64,000 bases of DNA, from assembly GCF_001194135.2 (NCBI RefSeq), contig NC_068984.1, positions 117,913,865 to 117,977,864 on the forward strand, written 5' to 3'. This DNA comes from Octopus bimaculoides (taxonomy: Eukaryota). Positions 39,706 to 52,717 of the stretch are shown one piece after another. Position 1 is the first letter of the stretch; each line of letters starts with the position of its first letter. The position numbers and the translations under genes are program-made. The notes under the pieces were generated by a model. The model saw only the letters and a list, made by a program, of their open reading frames with translations, had not been told where the DNA came from and made no database searches.

Positions 39706-40059
39706 CTTTACATGAAGGGTTCCTGAAACAGCAAACAGTCTGCCATAATTGGTATCAAGTGGCTTGTCAAATTATTTTTAAAATTTAACTTATGACTTTA
39801 AAAACTCTTAGTTATTGTTTTGATGTCTTGGAAAACATGTCATTCAAAATTTTGTTGATGCCTTGACTTTAACTTGGGCCCTAAAATCATTGATGGAGTC
39901 ATCAGATGGGCTATCATCATGACAAATGGCGTGTTTTGGGCATTTTGTGACATGAGGGAGCTTATCCTTCTCCGTGTCTGTTTTTTTTTGTTTTTGTTTT
40001 GAGAAAGTGACAGACAGACAGACAAATAGTAAGAATAACAGAAATAGAATAATTACTCT

Positions 40060-40425
40060 CAATGTTTAACTGGTACTTTATACATCGACCCCAAAAGGAT
40101 GAAAGGCAACGTTGACCTTAGTGGAATTTGAACTCTAAGTGCAGAGATCCAGAACCGTTACTTCTAAGCAATCTGTCCAATGCTCTAACAACTTTGCTAG
40201 TTGGCCATCTACAATTTTATTACATAAAAGTATAAGGCAGTGAGCTGGCAGAACCATTAGCATGCTGGTTAAATTGCTTAATGGCACTAATTCCACTAAG
40301 GCTGATTTTGCCTTTTATTCTTTCAGGTTGGATAAAGTAAAGCATCAGTTGAGCAATAGGATCAATGTAATCAACTTAGGACCGCCCCTAAAATTGCTGG
40401 CCTTGTGCCAAAATTTGAAACCATT
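40060..40425. mobile_element. Two family A SINEs head to head (40060-40210 minus, 40235-40425 plus)
   Basis: Core sequence present in opposite orientations about 25 bp apart. Confidence 0.7.
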
Positions 40426-41610
40426 ATATTTGAAACTAAGCATGATAAATGAAATGAGAACAAACATCATTGGTGCCTAAGCAGGCTCAGTGTATAGATA
40501 CACAGAAGCAAACACACACCCACCAATACATATTTAGGTGTATGTGTGTGTGTATGCATATATAAATATTACACACATGCACGTGCACATACACAAATAT
40601 ACCACACACACACATACACACATACATACACACATAAATACACAAATATACCACACACACACAAATATATTATGGACTTCTGTACAGTTTGGGTAATCAA
40701 AATTTTAGAAGGTATTGGTGAACCCAAAGCTGTAATAGAAAATGCTTGTCCTAAGTGCAACATAGTGAAATTGAACACAGAACCCAAGAGTTGTAAAGTG
40801 GATTTCTTAACTACACAATCATATTTATTAAAACATTGATTCATAATATAAATATGAGACTGTGAATTACTGAGGCTTTGCGATTCCTCAGCCTGGACCA
40901 GGGGTGCTCCCGGCGAAAAGTGGCCCCGCTCCACTCTAATACACCAGGAACTTCTGGAGCCCTGAGCTCGCGCTCGGACTGTGTGGGTCGCCCACGACAA
41001 TCAGCCCAGGGAGTAGTGGTGGTGGAACGCATGTATCAGCCTTCTTGGCCTAGCTCGCGTCCCATGGTTTATCATACTGATATCAATACTTAACTAGGAA
41101 CTTATTTCAATGATGCCATACCAGAAGAATGAGGGTAGCTATTAACACATCAATACATATAGTCAGCGCAGGCATGGCTGTGTAGTTAAGAAGTTTGCTA
41201 CTCAACTATATGGTTTCAGGTTCATTTCCACAGCATTGCACCTTGAGCAAGTGTCTTCTACTACAGCACCAGACTATGATCAAAGCTTTGCGAGTTGTTC
41301 AATAGACAGAAACTGAATGAAGCCCATCAAACATGTATGTGTACATATACATATATATGTGTGCGTGTGTGTGTATATATATATATATATAAATATATAT
41401 ATATATAGATAGCACAGAATTTTGTCAGTGAACAGGTCGCGGTCTCAAAGCGACGAAAATATTTTGACAAATTAAATTTAAATGTTGAAGTGAATCTAAC
41501 GGATTTTGTGTGTTATTTTAAATGGCTTATAAACACCTTCCACGCTGCAATTGTTTTCGTTCCAGCACACGATCTCAGATCAGGTCACTTGCTATGCAAG
41601 TGCATCTCCG

Positions 41611-41657
<47 letters not shown>

Positions 41658-41674
41658 TATATATATATATACAC

Positions 41675-41711
<37 letters not shown>

Positions 41712-41824
41712 TACACACACACACATACATGCATACATATATCATATGTATGTATGTATGTACATGTGTATGTATGTGTGATATGTTTGTATGTTTCTTG
41801 TCTTGATATTGCATGAGAGAGAAA

Positions 41825-42030
41825 GGCAGTGAGCTGGCAGAAACGTTAGCATGCTGGGCAAAATTCTTAGCAGTATTTTGTCTGTCTTTATGTTCTGAGT
41901 TCAAATTCCACCAAGGTCAGCTTTGCTTTACATCTTTTCAGGGTCAATAAATTAAGTGCCAGTTGCATACTGGAGTCGATCTAATCTATTGGCCCCCTTC
42001 CGCCAAAATTTCGGCCCGTGTGCCTAGAGA
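41825..42030 (+). mobile_element. SINE family A
   Basis: GGCAGTGAGCTGGCAGAAACGTTAGC head and full core. Confidence 0.85.
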
Positions 42031-42937
42031 AGACAAGATATTGCATGTGAGTTGTAAATGTAAATGATTGTCACTGTCCTACAAGCGGTGTCATTCATTT
42101 CCAATATTCTGTGAAAACATGCCTGGCCATTGGGAAATAGAAATATTACATTGCTTGGAAACTGGTGAGGGTTGGTGACAGGAAGGGCATACAGCTGCAG
42201 AGAATTTGCTTCAATAAACTCCATCCGGCTCATGCAAGCATGGAAAAGAAAGTGGTGATAATAATGAGATTCTAATACCCTATGAGTGGAATTTGAGTGT
42301 TAGAAACCATACAAAAACTCATTATGTATTACTGTTTGTGTTTATGTTATGTCCCTTCTGTGTTGCTCTATAATTTAGTGGTGTGACATATACAGATCGA
42401 TAAAATAAGTCCTGGGATCAATATGGCATATTAAAAATATTAAAGATGGTGCCGAAGCATCATCACTGTCTAATAGCTGAGACCGATAAAAGAATATCTT
42501 CATGCATATTAATAAGCTACAATACATAATACATGCATATGTATATGCATGTATCTTGTATATATGAATATGTATTTTAGTTTATTAATATGTATGACTG
42601 CATGATTAATATTTATTAATATGTAAGTGCATATTTTTGTGTGTAAATATACGCATCTGTAGACATAATCTTGTTTTAAAGACTAAATAGATGTGTTGAA
42701 GTTATTAACCTATTGGCAATAAAATAAACTAAAACAAGTGCATAAGTACGTATTTTAGTTTAATTATCTGTATGACAATGCATTAATATGTATTAATATT
42801 TATGTGTGTGCTTATGTGCATATATATTTATGAACATAACACATTGTTTGAAAGACTCAGTGGCTGTATGTTTAAGCTATTAACTCAAAGGCATAAGTTA
42901 ATAACTCTGTTACTATTACAGTTGTGTGCTTCTACAA

Positions 42938-43053
<116 letters not shown>

Positions 43054-43407
43054 AACAAGAGCACTCAGAGAGTGCAAACCTCTGCCAAGGCAACACCAAT
43101 GTCCTCTCAGCGATTAGCCAGAGATGCTTTTTAAAATGAGAATATATGAAATAAACTTGACTGTTCTCACAAACAAGAATGCTAAAAATGAACCTGACCA
43201 CTCTCAAAAATTAAGTTAAAAAAAAAAAACAGGAAAATAATCCAGAATCCTTGTTCGGTACCAGATCGATTCCAAAATCTAATCCTTTTGTGTTAATCAC
43301 GAGGCCAAACATCCCTGAAAGTTTCATCTGAATCCATCCAGCGGTTCTTGAAATATCTTGTCCATGGACAAACAAACAAACACAACTGAAAACAATACCT
43401 CTGCCAA
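43054..43407 (+). mobile_element. Helentron-associated (HINE/DINE-1-like) non-autonomous element
   Basis: ACCTCTGCCAA occurs near both ends (43078-43088 and 43397-43407), with a subterminal (ACAA)n; second copy at 36722-36998. Confidence 0.55.
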
Positions 43408-45007
43408 CAACAATTATTTCTGATTTAGGTTCAAGGTCAACAATTTTGAATGGAAGATACCATACTGGAGTCAATGCCATTGATTCCAGTACCAGATTGG
43501 TACTGTATTTTGTCAACCGTGGAAAAGATGAAAGGCAAAGTTGACCTCAGCAGAATTTAATCTCTAATCATAATGGCTTCTTATTTTGGTACAAGCCAAC
43601 AATTTTGAGGAAAGGGCGCTATTTGATATCATTGACCCCAGTACTGGAGTGGTACTTTACTTTATAGACCCTGAAAGAATGAAAAGTGAACTTGACTTTG
43701 ACGGCATTTGAACTCAGAACATAAAATGCCAGAAGAAATACAGTAAAGCATTTTACCCAATGCCCCAATGATTCTACCAGCTCACTGCCATAAAAACAAT
43801 GATGATAATAATGATGATGATGATTATGATGATGATGATGAGGATGATGATGATGATGATAATGATGATGATGATGAGGAGGAGGAGGAGGAGGAAAATA
43901 CCATTCCTTTTTTTTTTATAAAATATCAGCTCCATCAATTTGCATAAACATGCAAGTTTCTAAATTTTCAAAAATACCATCCAACTCATGCATAGAATAG
44001 GACCACATAATATAACATTATGAAATAGAGTTTTCCCTTTATATCACAAATGTCTCTGTAGGTTAAGATTTCGCCCAAGAATTTAGATTACTAAATAGAT
44101 GGGAGTTGAACTAGTTTCTTTCTTTAAATGGATCTTGTGTCAGTTTTGGTGATAAGTGTTCCAAGTGTTCAACCAAATAAACTTATCTATTTATTGAAAT
44201 ATAATGTAAAGTGGAAGTGTAATTCCAATGTAATTTTTATAGAGAATCAGTATGACAAATGTATAACAAATTTGGATCTTTGAATGTCACAGGAACAGTC
44301 CATTTAAGGAGTTTCTATATAGTTTCCATCAACCAAATTTCACTCCTGCAATTTGGACTGACCGAAGGTTATAGAAGAACCCATTATCCAAGGTGAAGTA
44401 TAGTGGGATTGAACTTGAGAGCTCATGGCATTGAAGCAAACTACTTAAACATTTAGCCACCCTAGAAAGTTTCAGTTTCCTTCTACACATATTAAAAGGA
44501 AATTGTTCATTAGCAGATACCTTCCTGGCAATTAGGTACAACAAGACAGAAAAAAAAATGAGGTCTCTTTCTTCAGAGACTATGAAATATCTTTGGCACC
44601 ATCAGTTTTCAATTATTTTAATCCTTCTGATGCCAGCCTGTTGAGTCCATCTCTGGTTATATGATACAAATTTCCTGTTGAAAGTGATCTAAATTAAAAT
44701 CTTCCATTAAAAATTTCATGTTAATTTACATTCGAAATACCAGCTTAATTATTCTTTTTATCATCAGCATTTTGAATTTTTGTGAGAGGGAGGTAGTTGA
44801 TTGATTGACCCCCAGTGCACAACTGGTACTTATTTTGCCTACTCCAAAAGGATGAAAGACAAAGTAAGTCTTGGTGGGATTTGAACTCAGAATGTAAAGA
44901 ACCAGAAGAAATAATATTTCTAAGTATTTGGTCTGATGTACTAACGAGTCTGTCCACTTGCTGCTGTTTTGCCAGCTTCCGAGCTAAATAATGATAGTTA
45001 TTTTGTT

Positions 45008-45257
45008 GAGTGGCTGTGTGGTAAGTAGCTTGCTTACCAACCACATGGTTCCGGGTTCATTCCCACTGCTTGGCACCTTGGGCAAGTGTCTTCTACTATA
45101 GCTTCAAACATAATGCTTTGTAGGTGTGGCTGTGTGGTAAGAAGTTTGCTTTCTGACCACATGGTCTTTGGTTCAGTCCCACTGCAAGGTACCACTATAG
45201 CCCTTGTGAATGAGGTTGGAAGGTATAAACTGTGTGGAAACCTGTCGTATGTAAGAG

Positions 45258-45300
<43 letters not shown>

Positions 45301-45478
45301 GTGTTTGTCTTATGTTTGTCCCCACAACCACCACTTGACAGCCGGTGTTGGTTTGTTTATGCCCCCATAACTTGGTGGTTTAGCAAAAGAGACAAATAGA
45401 ATAAACACCAGGCTTTAAAATAAGTTGATTTGTTTGACTAAACCCTTCAAGGTAGTGCTCCAGCATGGCCACCGTCTA
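45008..45478 (+). mobile_element. Tandem family B SINEs (truncated 45008-45105, longer 45121-45478)
   Basis: Two consecutive GTGGCTGTGTGGTAAG heads. Confidence 0.8.
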
Positions 45479-45865
45479 ATGGCTCCAGACTGCTGTATTT
45501 GACTCCAGTTCTGAACTGATTTTCAGTTACATCAACTCCAGAAGGATGAAAAGCAACATGGATCTCATCAGTGTTTGAGCTCAGTACTTAAAGCAACATA
45601 ACTAAAATACTACAGAACACTTTTTAACAGTACTTAACTGGTGCTCTATTATATCAACCCTTGAAGGATGAAAAGCATTTTTGACCTCAATTGTGTTTGT
45701 ACTCAGAACTAAAAGACTCATAACTACAACGCCGTAGGACACTTTGAACAATTATGCTATGTCCTAATCTAATCTAATCAATAGTTGAATTCAGAACTTA
45801 AAGGGATATAACTGAAATACTAGAGAACATTTTTTTTTTATCGAAATCAAAAATGGAAATTGTAG

Positions 45866-46275
45866 CTGTGGCCAATGCCAGTGCTGCTTGATTGGCTCCC
45901 ATACATGCGTGGGTCGTTGTCAGTGCCGCCTGACTGGCTCTTCGTGCCGGTAGCACGTAAAAAGCACCATCCGAACGTGGCCGATGCTAGCATCCCACCC
46001 TGCCCCGACTGGCTCCTGTGCCGGTAACACGTAAAAAGCACAATCCGAATGTGGCCGATGCCAGTGCCGCCTGACTGGCTCCCGTGCCGGTGGCACGTAA
46101 AAGCACCCACTACACTCTCAAAGTGGTTGACGTTAGGAAGGTCATCCAGCTGTAGAAACATTACCAGATCAGAATGGTGTTTGATGCAGCCTCCTGGCTT
46201 GCCAGTCCCCAGTCAAACCGTCCGACCCATGTCAGCATGGAAAACGGACGTTAAACAATGAAGACGATGATGATG
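45866..46275 (+). mobile_element. Family C repeat with internal tandem subrepeats and (GAT)n tail
   Basis: Three to four diverged units of GCCAGTGCCGCCTGACTGGCTC...GCACGTAAAAGCAC..., then GGAAGGTCATCCAGCTGTAGAAA...CAGCATGGAAAACGGACGTTAAA. Confidence 0.85.
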
Positions 46276-46785
46276 AAGGATGAAAAGCATTTATGACCTT
46301 AGCTGTATTTGAAATCAGCATCTAAAGGCTCATAACTTAAGTACTGTAGGACATCTTTTTGTCCCAGCACTCTGGCAATTCTGCCATGGTCTAATCTAGT
46401 TTTTATGTAATCAGAGATTTTAATGCATATCTACTTCACTACGAAGTACTGTATAGTGCAACACAACCACAGTACAGACAAGCATCCTTGCTTTCGACAT
46501 ACAGCTTGCCTAGAATGCAACAGAAATAATTGATAAAGAAAAAAAAAGAAAGAAAACACCTCACCTTTGTGAGTAACAGATGTAATACACACCTGAATGT
46601 ATCAGTTGCAGGTGTGTTAGTTCTAGCATGACAGTTTAACCCCTTTAAAGGGTTCCTATCTGTTTTCTTGCCTTTCTTTCTTTCTTCTGATTTTACGAGA
46701 GTGGTGGTAAGCGGGAGCACTATAGGAGGTGACTGGTACGTGTCCTTCAACTTCTCCCCTCTCCCACTCTCTCTCACTTTCTCTT

Positions 46786-46834
<49 letters not shown>

Positions 46835-48134
46835 TTCTCTTTCTCACTTTCTCTTGTTTATTTTATTTCTTCAAAGAAGTGTTTTTATAAGATCAAAGAA
46901 ATAGTAGAGACAGTATGCGTGTGACTCTAGCGACAAATATGGTTGGATGCTAGCGTACAATTATACATGTAAGACAACTAATATATTTAACTTATTTTAA
47001 TGGTTAAATATAGTTGTACACAGAAATGTTTACATTGAATGAAGACGTGGATATATAAACTCCGGTGTTAAATCTCTCTTTTTTAAATGTATAAATTTGA
47101 AACTTTGGATATATAAACAAGGAGAACGATCCTTAAGGAATCTAATTAATGATTTTTTGAGGGGAAATCTTATGCTATATTGGTAACGATTCCTGCAACT
47201 GCATTTAATTGAACAATGTAATCATTACTTCAATTTAAAATGCAGAGCAATCCTCAGCTGCACAAAGACAGAATTTAATTAAATTAGAACAGATGGACAC
47301 ATTAGTATAATAATACCTAAAATCTGCCAACAAGTTAAGGAGATAGACAAAGAACATGTTGCCTCTACTACAACATAGAAGTTAAATAAATTGTCAAGAA
47401 GACTCTTCCTGTCACTGATTTTATTTGTTTTTCAATGGGGGTCAGTTTTAATTTATAGACTAGTTTATCAAACCTTGTATATCTAAGGCTGAGAAAAATA
47501 AAGGGCATTATCTATTTGGGGTAGGGTTGAGAGAGCAGACGGAAATCATAGTTGGTATAGTCATAAAAAATAATGAGGTTTGGTAAAGGAAAACTTAAAA
47601 CAAGATGTTGGCTGACAACTAAGATGGGTGTCGCCCACAAGCAGACCATTGATAATGAAACAGGGGAAGTCTTATTATGTAGTACCATAGTTAAATGTTT
47701 TAAAACAATGTTGCTGTATTGTATACAGAAAAAGTTTATGGCTATTCAGAGGGTTATTAAGAAGAATATATTAACAAAAGGATAGAAATTTATGGATACT
47801 TTTGAGTATATACCAAACTTTTTACCACAATAGAAGGAAGAAAAGAAATTATTCAGAAATAGTTTAATATTTATACATATTGTACACTTAAATACTAACT
47901 CATCAGATGGTATCTGTGAATATTAATTAATAGGTATATACTGGCGTTAATAAAGAAGCATTCAGGTAAAAAGAACATTCTAATTATATATTAAAATTAT
48001 ATTCTAAGCATTTTTTTATATGTGGTGAATATGACGCATAGTTTTATATAAGCTAAGTATGAATTTATTGCGATACAAAGATTAGCTTAATATTTTATGA
48101 ATAAATATTCATAAAAAATTAAGCTAATCTTTGT

Positions 48135-48179
<45 letters not shown>

Positions 48180-48525
48180 NNNNNNNNNNAAGAGATTGAT
48201 TATTACTATCATCATCCTCCTCCTCATCATCATCATCATTATCATCATCATCAGTATCATCATCTTTATTTAAAGTATATGGTTTCTATCAGATAAAAAG
48301 CAACAGCAGCGACAATAACAACAACACAAATGATTAATAAATAACAACTGTTAACTACCGATGCCCTGTTATTTAATTAATCCACCTAAATTGTATGTTT
48401 CATCAAATGTCTCGCTATGTTTGTTGTTGTTGTTATTGTTTTCTTGTAGAGCAACCAACCTCGATATGTCACATTGGAATGGGGTCTTTTTTATTGTTTT
48501 GTTTAGATTTTTTTAATTTTATTTA

Positions 48526-48556
<31 letters not shown>

Positions 48557-48833
48557 TTTTTTTTTAATATTTTCCGAGAAGTGTCAAGTTCACTTGCAGT
48601 CTACAAGTTCTCAGTAGCATCATTTGGAAACCGATACTTTCCGATAAATAGCTATGATGATATAGGGGAGACAGAAAGAGAAGGGAAAGGAAAAGAGAGA
48701 TGGGGAGAGAGAGATGGAGAGAGAGAGAGAGAGAGAGAGAGATGGAAGGGGAAATTAGAGAAGCAGTGTGCATCACTTACAATGAAGATGACGATGATGA
48801 TGACGATGATAACGATGATGATGGTGACGATAG

Positions 48834-48868
<35 letters not shown>

Positions 48869-49098
48869 GTAATAATAAAAAGTAACAACAACAACAGCAA
48901 TGCTTATTATTCGACTGCTGGGGTATTTCAGAAAAAAAACGGAGAACAAGTATTGGGTTAGGAAAAAAAAAAGAAAAAAGAAGTTTGTGTAGTGGTGGTG
49001 GTGGTGGAGGATTAAAAATAAAAAATAAGCAATAAAAAAAAAAATCCGAGGATTAATTCTGACGGAGAATTCGATCGAAGTGGCGGCGGCGGCGGCGG

Positions 49099-49129
<31 letters not shown>

Positions 49130-49239
49130 TGACAGGGCTGCTGTTGTTGTTATTGTTGTTGTTGTTTTGTAACGGTGGATGGGTGGGGTGGGGGGTTGTG
49201 ATGAAAGGCTGTTATTTAGTGCAAAGCTACTAACGGTGA

Positions 49240-49279
49240 ATCCGATCCCGATCCGATCCGATCCGATCAGATCCGATCG
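49240..49279. repeat. (ATCCG)n pentanucleotide repeat
   Basis: Directly visible, imperfect; CpG-containing. Confidence 0.9.
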
Positions 49280-49314
49280 TGGTGAAGAAAGATGCCCTAA
49301 TTTTTCTCTCATTT

Positions 49315-49423
49315 ATTGACATATCTTGTCAATCTTTCCATATTGCAACATGTAAGCTTGGTCACATGACTCGCCCCGGCGAGAGTGAAGTGAAGTGAAG
49401 TGAAAACGACTCACCCATGTGAC
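49315..49423. promoter_or_regulatory. Motif cluster: ATTGACA-n5-TGTCAAT palindrome and two CLEAR/M-box-like E-boxes
   Basis: Palindrome at 49315-49333, GTCACATGAC at 49361-49370 and CATGTGAC at 49416-49423, in a CpG-rich non-SINE island. Function is inferred. Confidence 0.3.
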
Positions 49424-51178
49424 AAAACGACTTCTGGAGCAACAACAACGGCGACTACTACGACAACATCGATAACAAGGCAAGGGAAATGCTCCACATG
49501 ATAGCTCGATTTGTTAAAAAACATAGCTGTTAAATCACCCTCAAATCACACCTTATCGTAAAAAAAAAACAGAAAAAAAATTCGTAAAGGAATAAGTGGA
49601 AATGGAATTTTGATTTGTGCCGTTTCCGCCAGTAGTCAGTCTTAGATAGCCATATACAAACCTACACACACACACACACACACAGAAGGAAAATTACAGA
49701 CTGGGTGATCATAACAGGAATGTCTGGTTACAGGTGTACTGGATCAGAATTTGACCTGAGATTAAACTGTATCACCCAGAAAAGAACATCGAAAACACGT
49801 GTTCGTCACCTCATTACTCGCCCTTGTCGCAATAAAAGCAGACATTATTATATAGTCAGTCAATGTGTTTATTAATTAATAAATAGTAATAATAATAATA
49901 ATTATTATTATTACTATTAATGTTATTATTATTATCGTTATCAATAGTTGTATCTTTATCAGTAATAACAGAAGCGGTTATAACACGGTTGAGTCGTCGG
50001 AAACTGGGTTTTTGGAATCTTTACAGCCAAATTCATTGACAATAATGATTTAAAAAACAAAACCTCGATAGAATTACTTTAGTCCTTCATCCCTTTACAT
50101 TAAGGTTACGTTCAACAAGGTATAAAATACACAAGAAACAAATAGATAAATAAATAAACAGCCCAGTGTTGTTTTTTTTTTTCCTTCTCCATGATTTTCG
50201 GATTCATGTGAAGAACATATGAGTGAGAGGTGTCAACCGTTCCAATCAACCATGCATAATATACAAGTCTCGCAGTTACATAAATTATAGTTCAATTTGA
50301 CTGTTGTTCTTTCGCGTGCGTGCGTGCGTGCGTGCATGTGTGATTGTGAGGTNNNNNNNNNNNNNNNNNNNNNNNNNNNNNNNNNNNNNNNNNNNNNNNN
50401 NNNNNNNNNNNNNNNNNNNNNNNNNNNNNNNNNNNNNNNNNNNNNNNNNNNNNNNNNNNNNNNNNNNNNNNNNNNNNNNNNNNNNNNNNNNNNNNNNNNN
50501 NNNNNNNNNNNNNNNNNNNNNNNNNNNNNNNNNNNNNNNNNNNNNNNNNNNNNNNNNNNNNNNNNNNNNNNNNNNNNNNNNNNNNNNNNNNNNNNNNNNN
50601 NNNNNNNNNNNNNNNNNNNNNNNNNNNNNNNNNNNNNNNNNNNNNNNNNNNNNNNNNNNNNNNNNNNNNNNNNNNNNNNNNNNNNNNNNNNNNNNNNNNN
50701 NNNNNNNNNNNNNNNNNNNNNNNNNNNNNNNNNNNNNNNNNNNNNNNNNNNNNNNNNNNNNNNNNNNNNNNNNNNNNNNNNNNNNNNNNNNNNNNNNNNN
50801 NNNNNNNNNNNNNNNNNNNNNNNNNNNNNNNNNNNNNNNNNNNNNNNNNNNNNNNNNNNNNNNNNNNNNNNNNNNNNNNNNNNNNNNNNNNNNNNNNNNN
50901 NNNNNNNNNNNNNNNNNNNNNNNNNNNNNNNNNNNNNNNNNNNNNNNNNNNNNNNNNNNNNNNNNNNNNNNNNNNNNNNNNNNNNNNNNNNNNNNNNNNN
51001 NNNNNNNNNNNNNNNNNNNNNNNNNNNNNNNNNNNNNNNNNNNNNNNNNNNNNNNNNNNNNNNNNNNNNNNNNNNNNNNNNNNNNNNNNNNNNNNNNNNN
51101 NNNNNNNNNNNNNNNNNNNNNNNNNNNNNNNNNNNNNNNNNNNNNNNNNNNNNNNNNNNNNNNNNNNNNNNNNNNNNN

Positions 51179-51212
<34 letters not shown>

Positions 51213-51667
51213 AAACAGCCTTTAGATTTGGTTCAATATGGTGTAACTAACACAACACAGACCAAATAGAATGGCTCCATACATAGTGTATATTTGTATA
51301 TATGGCTCTCGGTGTGTGCGTACAGACAGTGGCGTAAATTTACAAACATCACATACATTACGATATATATATATATAATATATATATATATAATACACAC
51401 ATAGATATGTATACATATATACATACGTATGTGGTGGAGTGGGGTATGAATGTATTGGAAATCAAATACACACTGAATATTAACGTTTGAATGAACAACA
51501 TGTACAACATATAGGTTGTAAATATATTAACCCTATTTTCTATACTCAGCTGAGTGCTCATCTCACGGCACTCTCTTGCCTATTCCTAATTCCATTTACA
51601 GAGAATCCACAAACATATGTATGAAAATTTACATACAGGCACACATGTACCTATTCATACATAAACC

Positions 51668-51710
<43 letters not shown>

Positions 51711-51720
51711 NNNNNNNNNN

Positions 51721-51762
<42 letters not shown>

Positions 51763-52648
51763 TCTCTGTTATATGTTCTACATATAATTACATTGAATGA
51801 AACGAATTTGACATGTTAAATTATATGTACACAGTAGCAGAAAGGAAAATGTGTAGAATAAGAAAGATCTTTAGATTTATATGTTCACGATCAAGGTAAT
51901 GTATATGTTGTTTATGACAAATGTAATGTCAGTCGGCATCAATAAAAATAATGATAGTATAATAATAATAATTTCTTTTTTATTGGCAACAAGGACCCAG
52001 GCGATAAGACAAAATGGGAGGAAAAAAAACCCATAACAAACACTGATGGATTTCCATCAAGGAAAAAAACATGGATGAGATCAACAATGAATAAATAACA
52101 GTCATGTAAATAGCTATAATTATATTTATTATTATTATTATAGACGTTAATAATGAATATATATAATAAGAGTGAAAGCCATGAGTGAAGGAGGGAAAAA
52201 AAAATGCAACTATCTATGGCAGTCGGTTTAAATGAAATGAAAATAACACGTTCACACACGATTATTTGTAATTGTAACGGCCATGGAGGGATGAATGGAT
52301 GGTTGATAGACCAGTTTAAGGAACCATACGTAAAATCGTAATTCAGGGACCAGAAAAGCGTTTATAAATCAAAGAGATTATATTTTTTTTCTTAGATACG
52401 AAGATACATAAAGCTAAACAGATATATATGTGTGTGTATACATATATGTATATATATATATACACATGCACACACACATATGTAAATGTATGTATATATA
52501 TATAGGGAACAGGTCTTTTTTTTTCAAAACGCGCATTAAAAACACGTCTATGTTCTTACTTTCATAATTTTAAAGATTTCCCCCCATATTTTTGAGTTCT
52601 TTCCATGCTTTCACCCCCACCACACACACACACACGCATGCACTCATA

Positions 52649-52717
<69 letters not shown>

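Noticed and set aside
40861-40930. HDV-like ribozyme (minus strand starts GGGGCCAC, reminiscent of CPEB3)
   Set aside because: P1- and P4-like pairings exist, but I found no P2, no L3/P1.1 consensus and no catalytic C in J4/2.
45500-46100. CRISPR-like repeat-spacer periodicity
   Set aside because: The units are long, diverged TE subrepeats without unique spacers; eukaryotic context and no cas genes.
46565-46780. Possible internal exon ending at AAG|GTGAGG (minus strand)
   Set aside because: The donor is good, but the only ATG frame ends in phase 2, incompatible with exon 2, and there is no acceptor or homology support.
47520-47800. LRR-like peptide on the minus strand (ILLNNPL) and a 70-aa plus-strand ORF
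   Set aside because: Single short match only; it shows how easily AT-rich DNA mimics LRR motifs and is a caution for the LRR findings.
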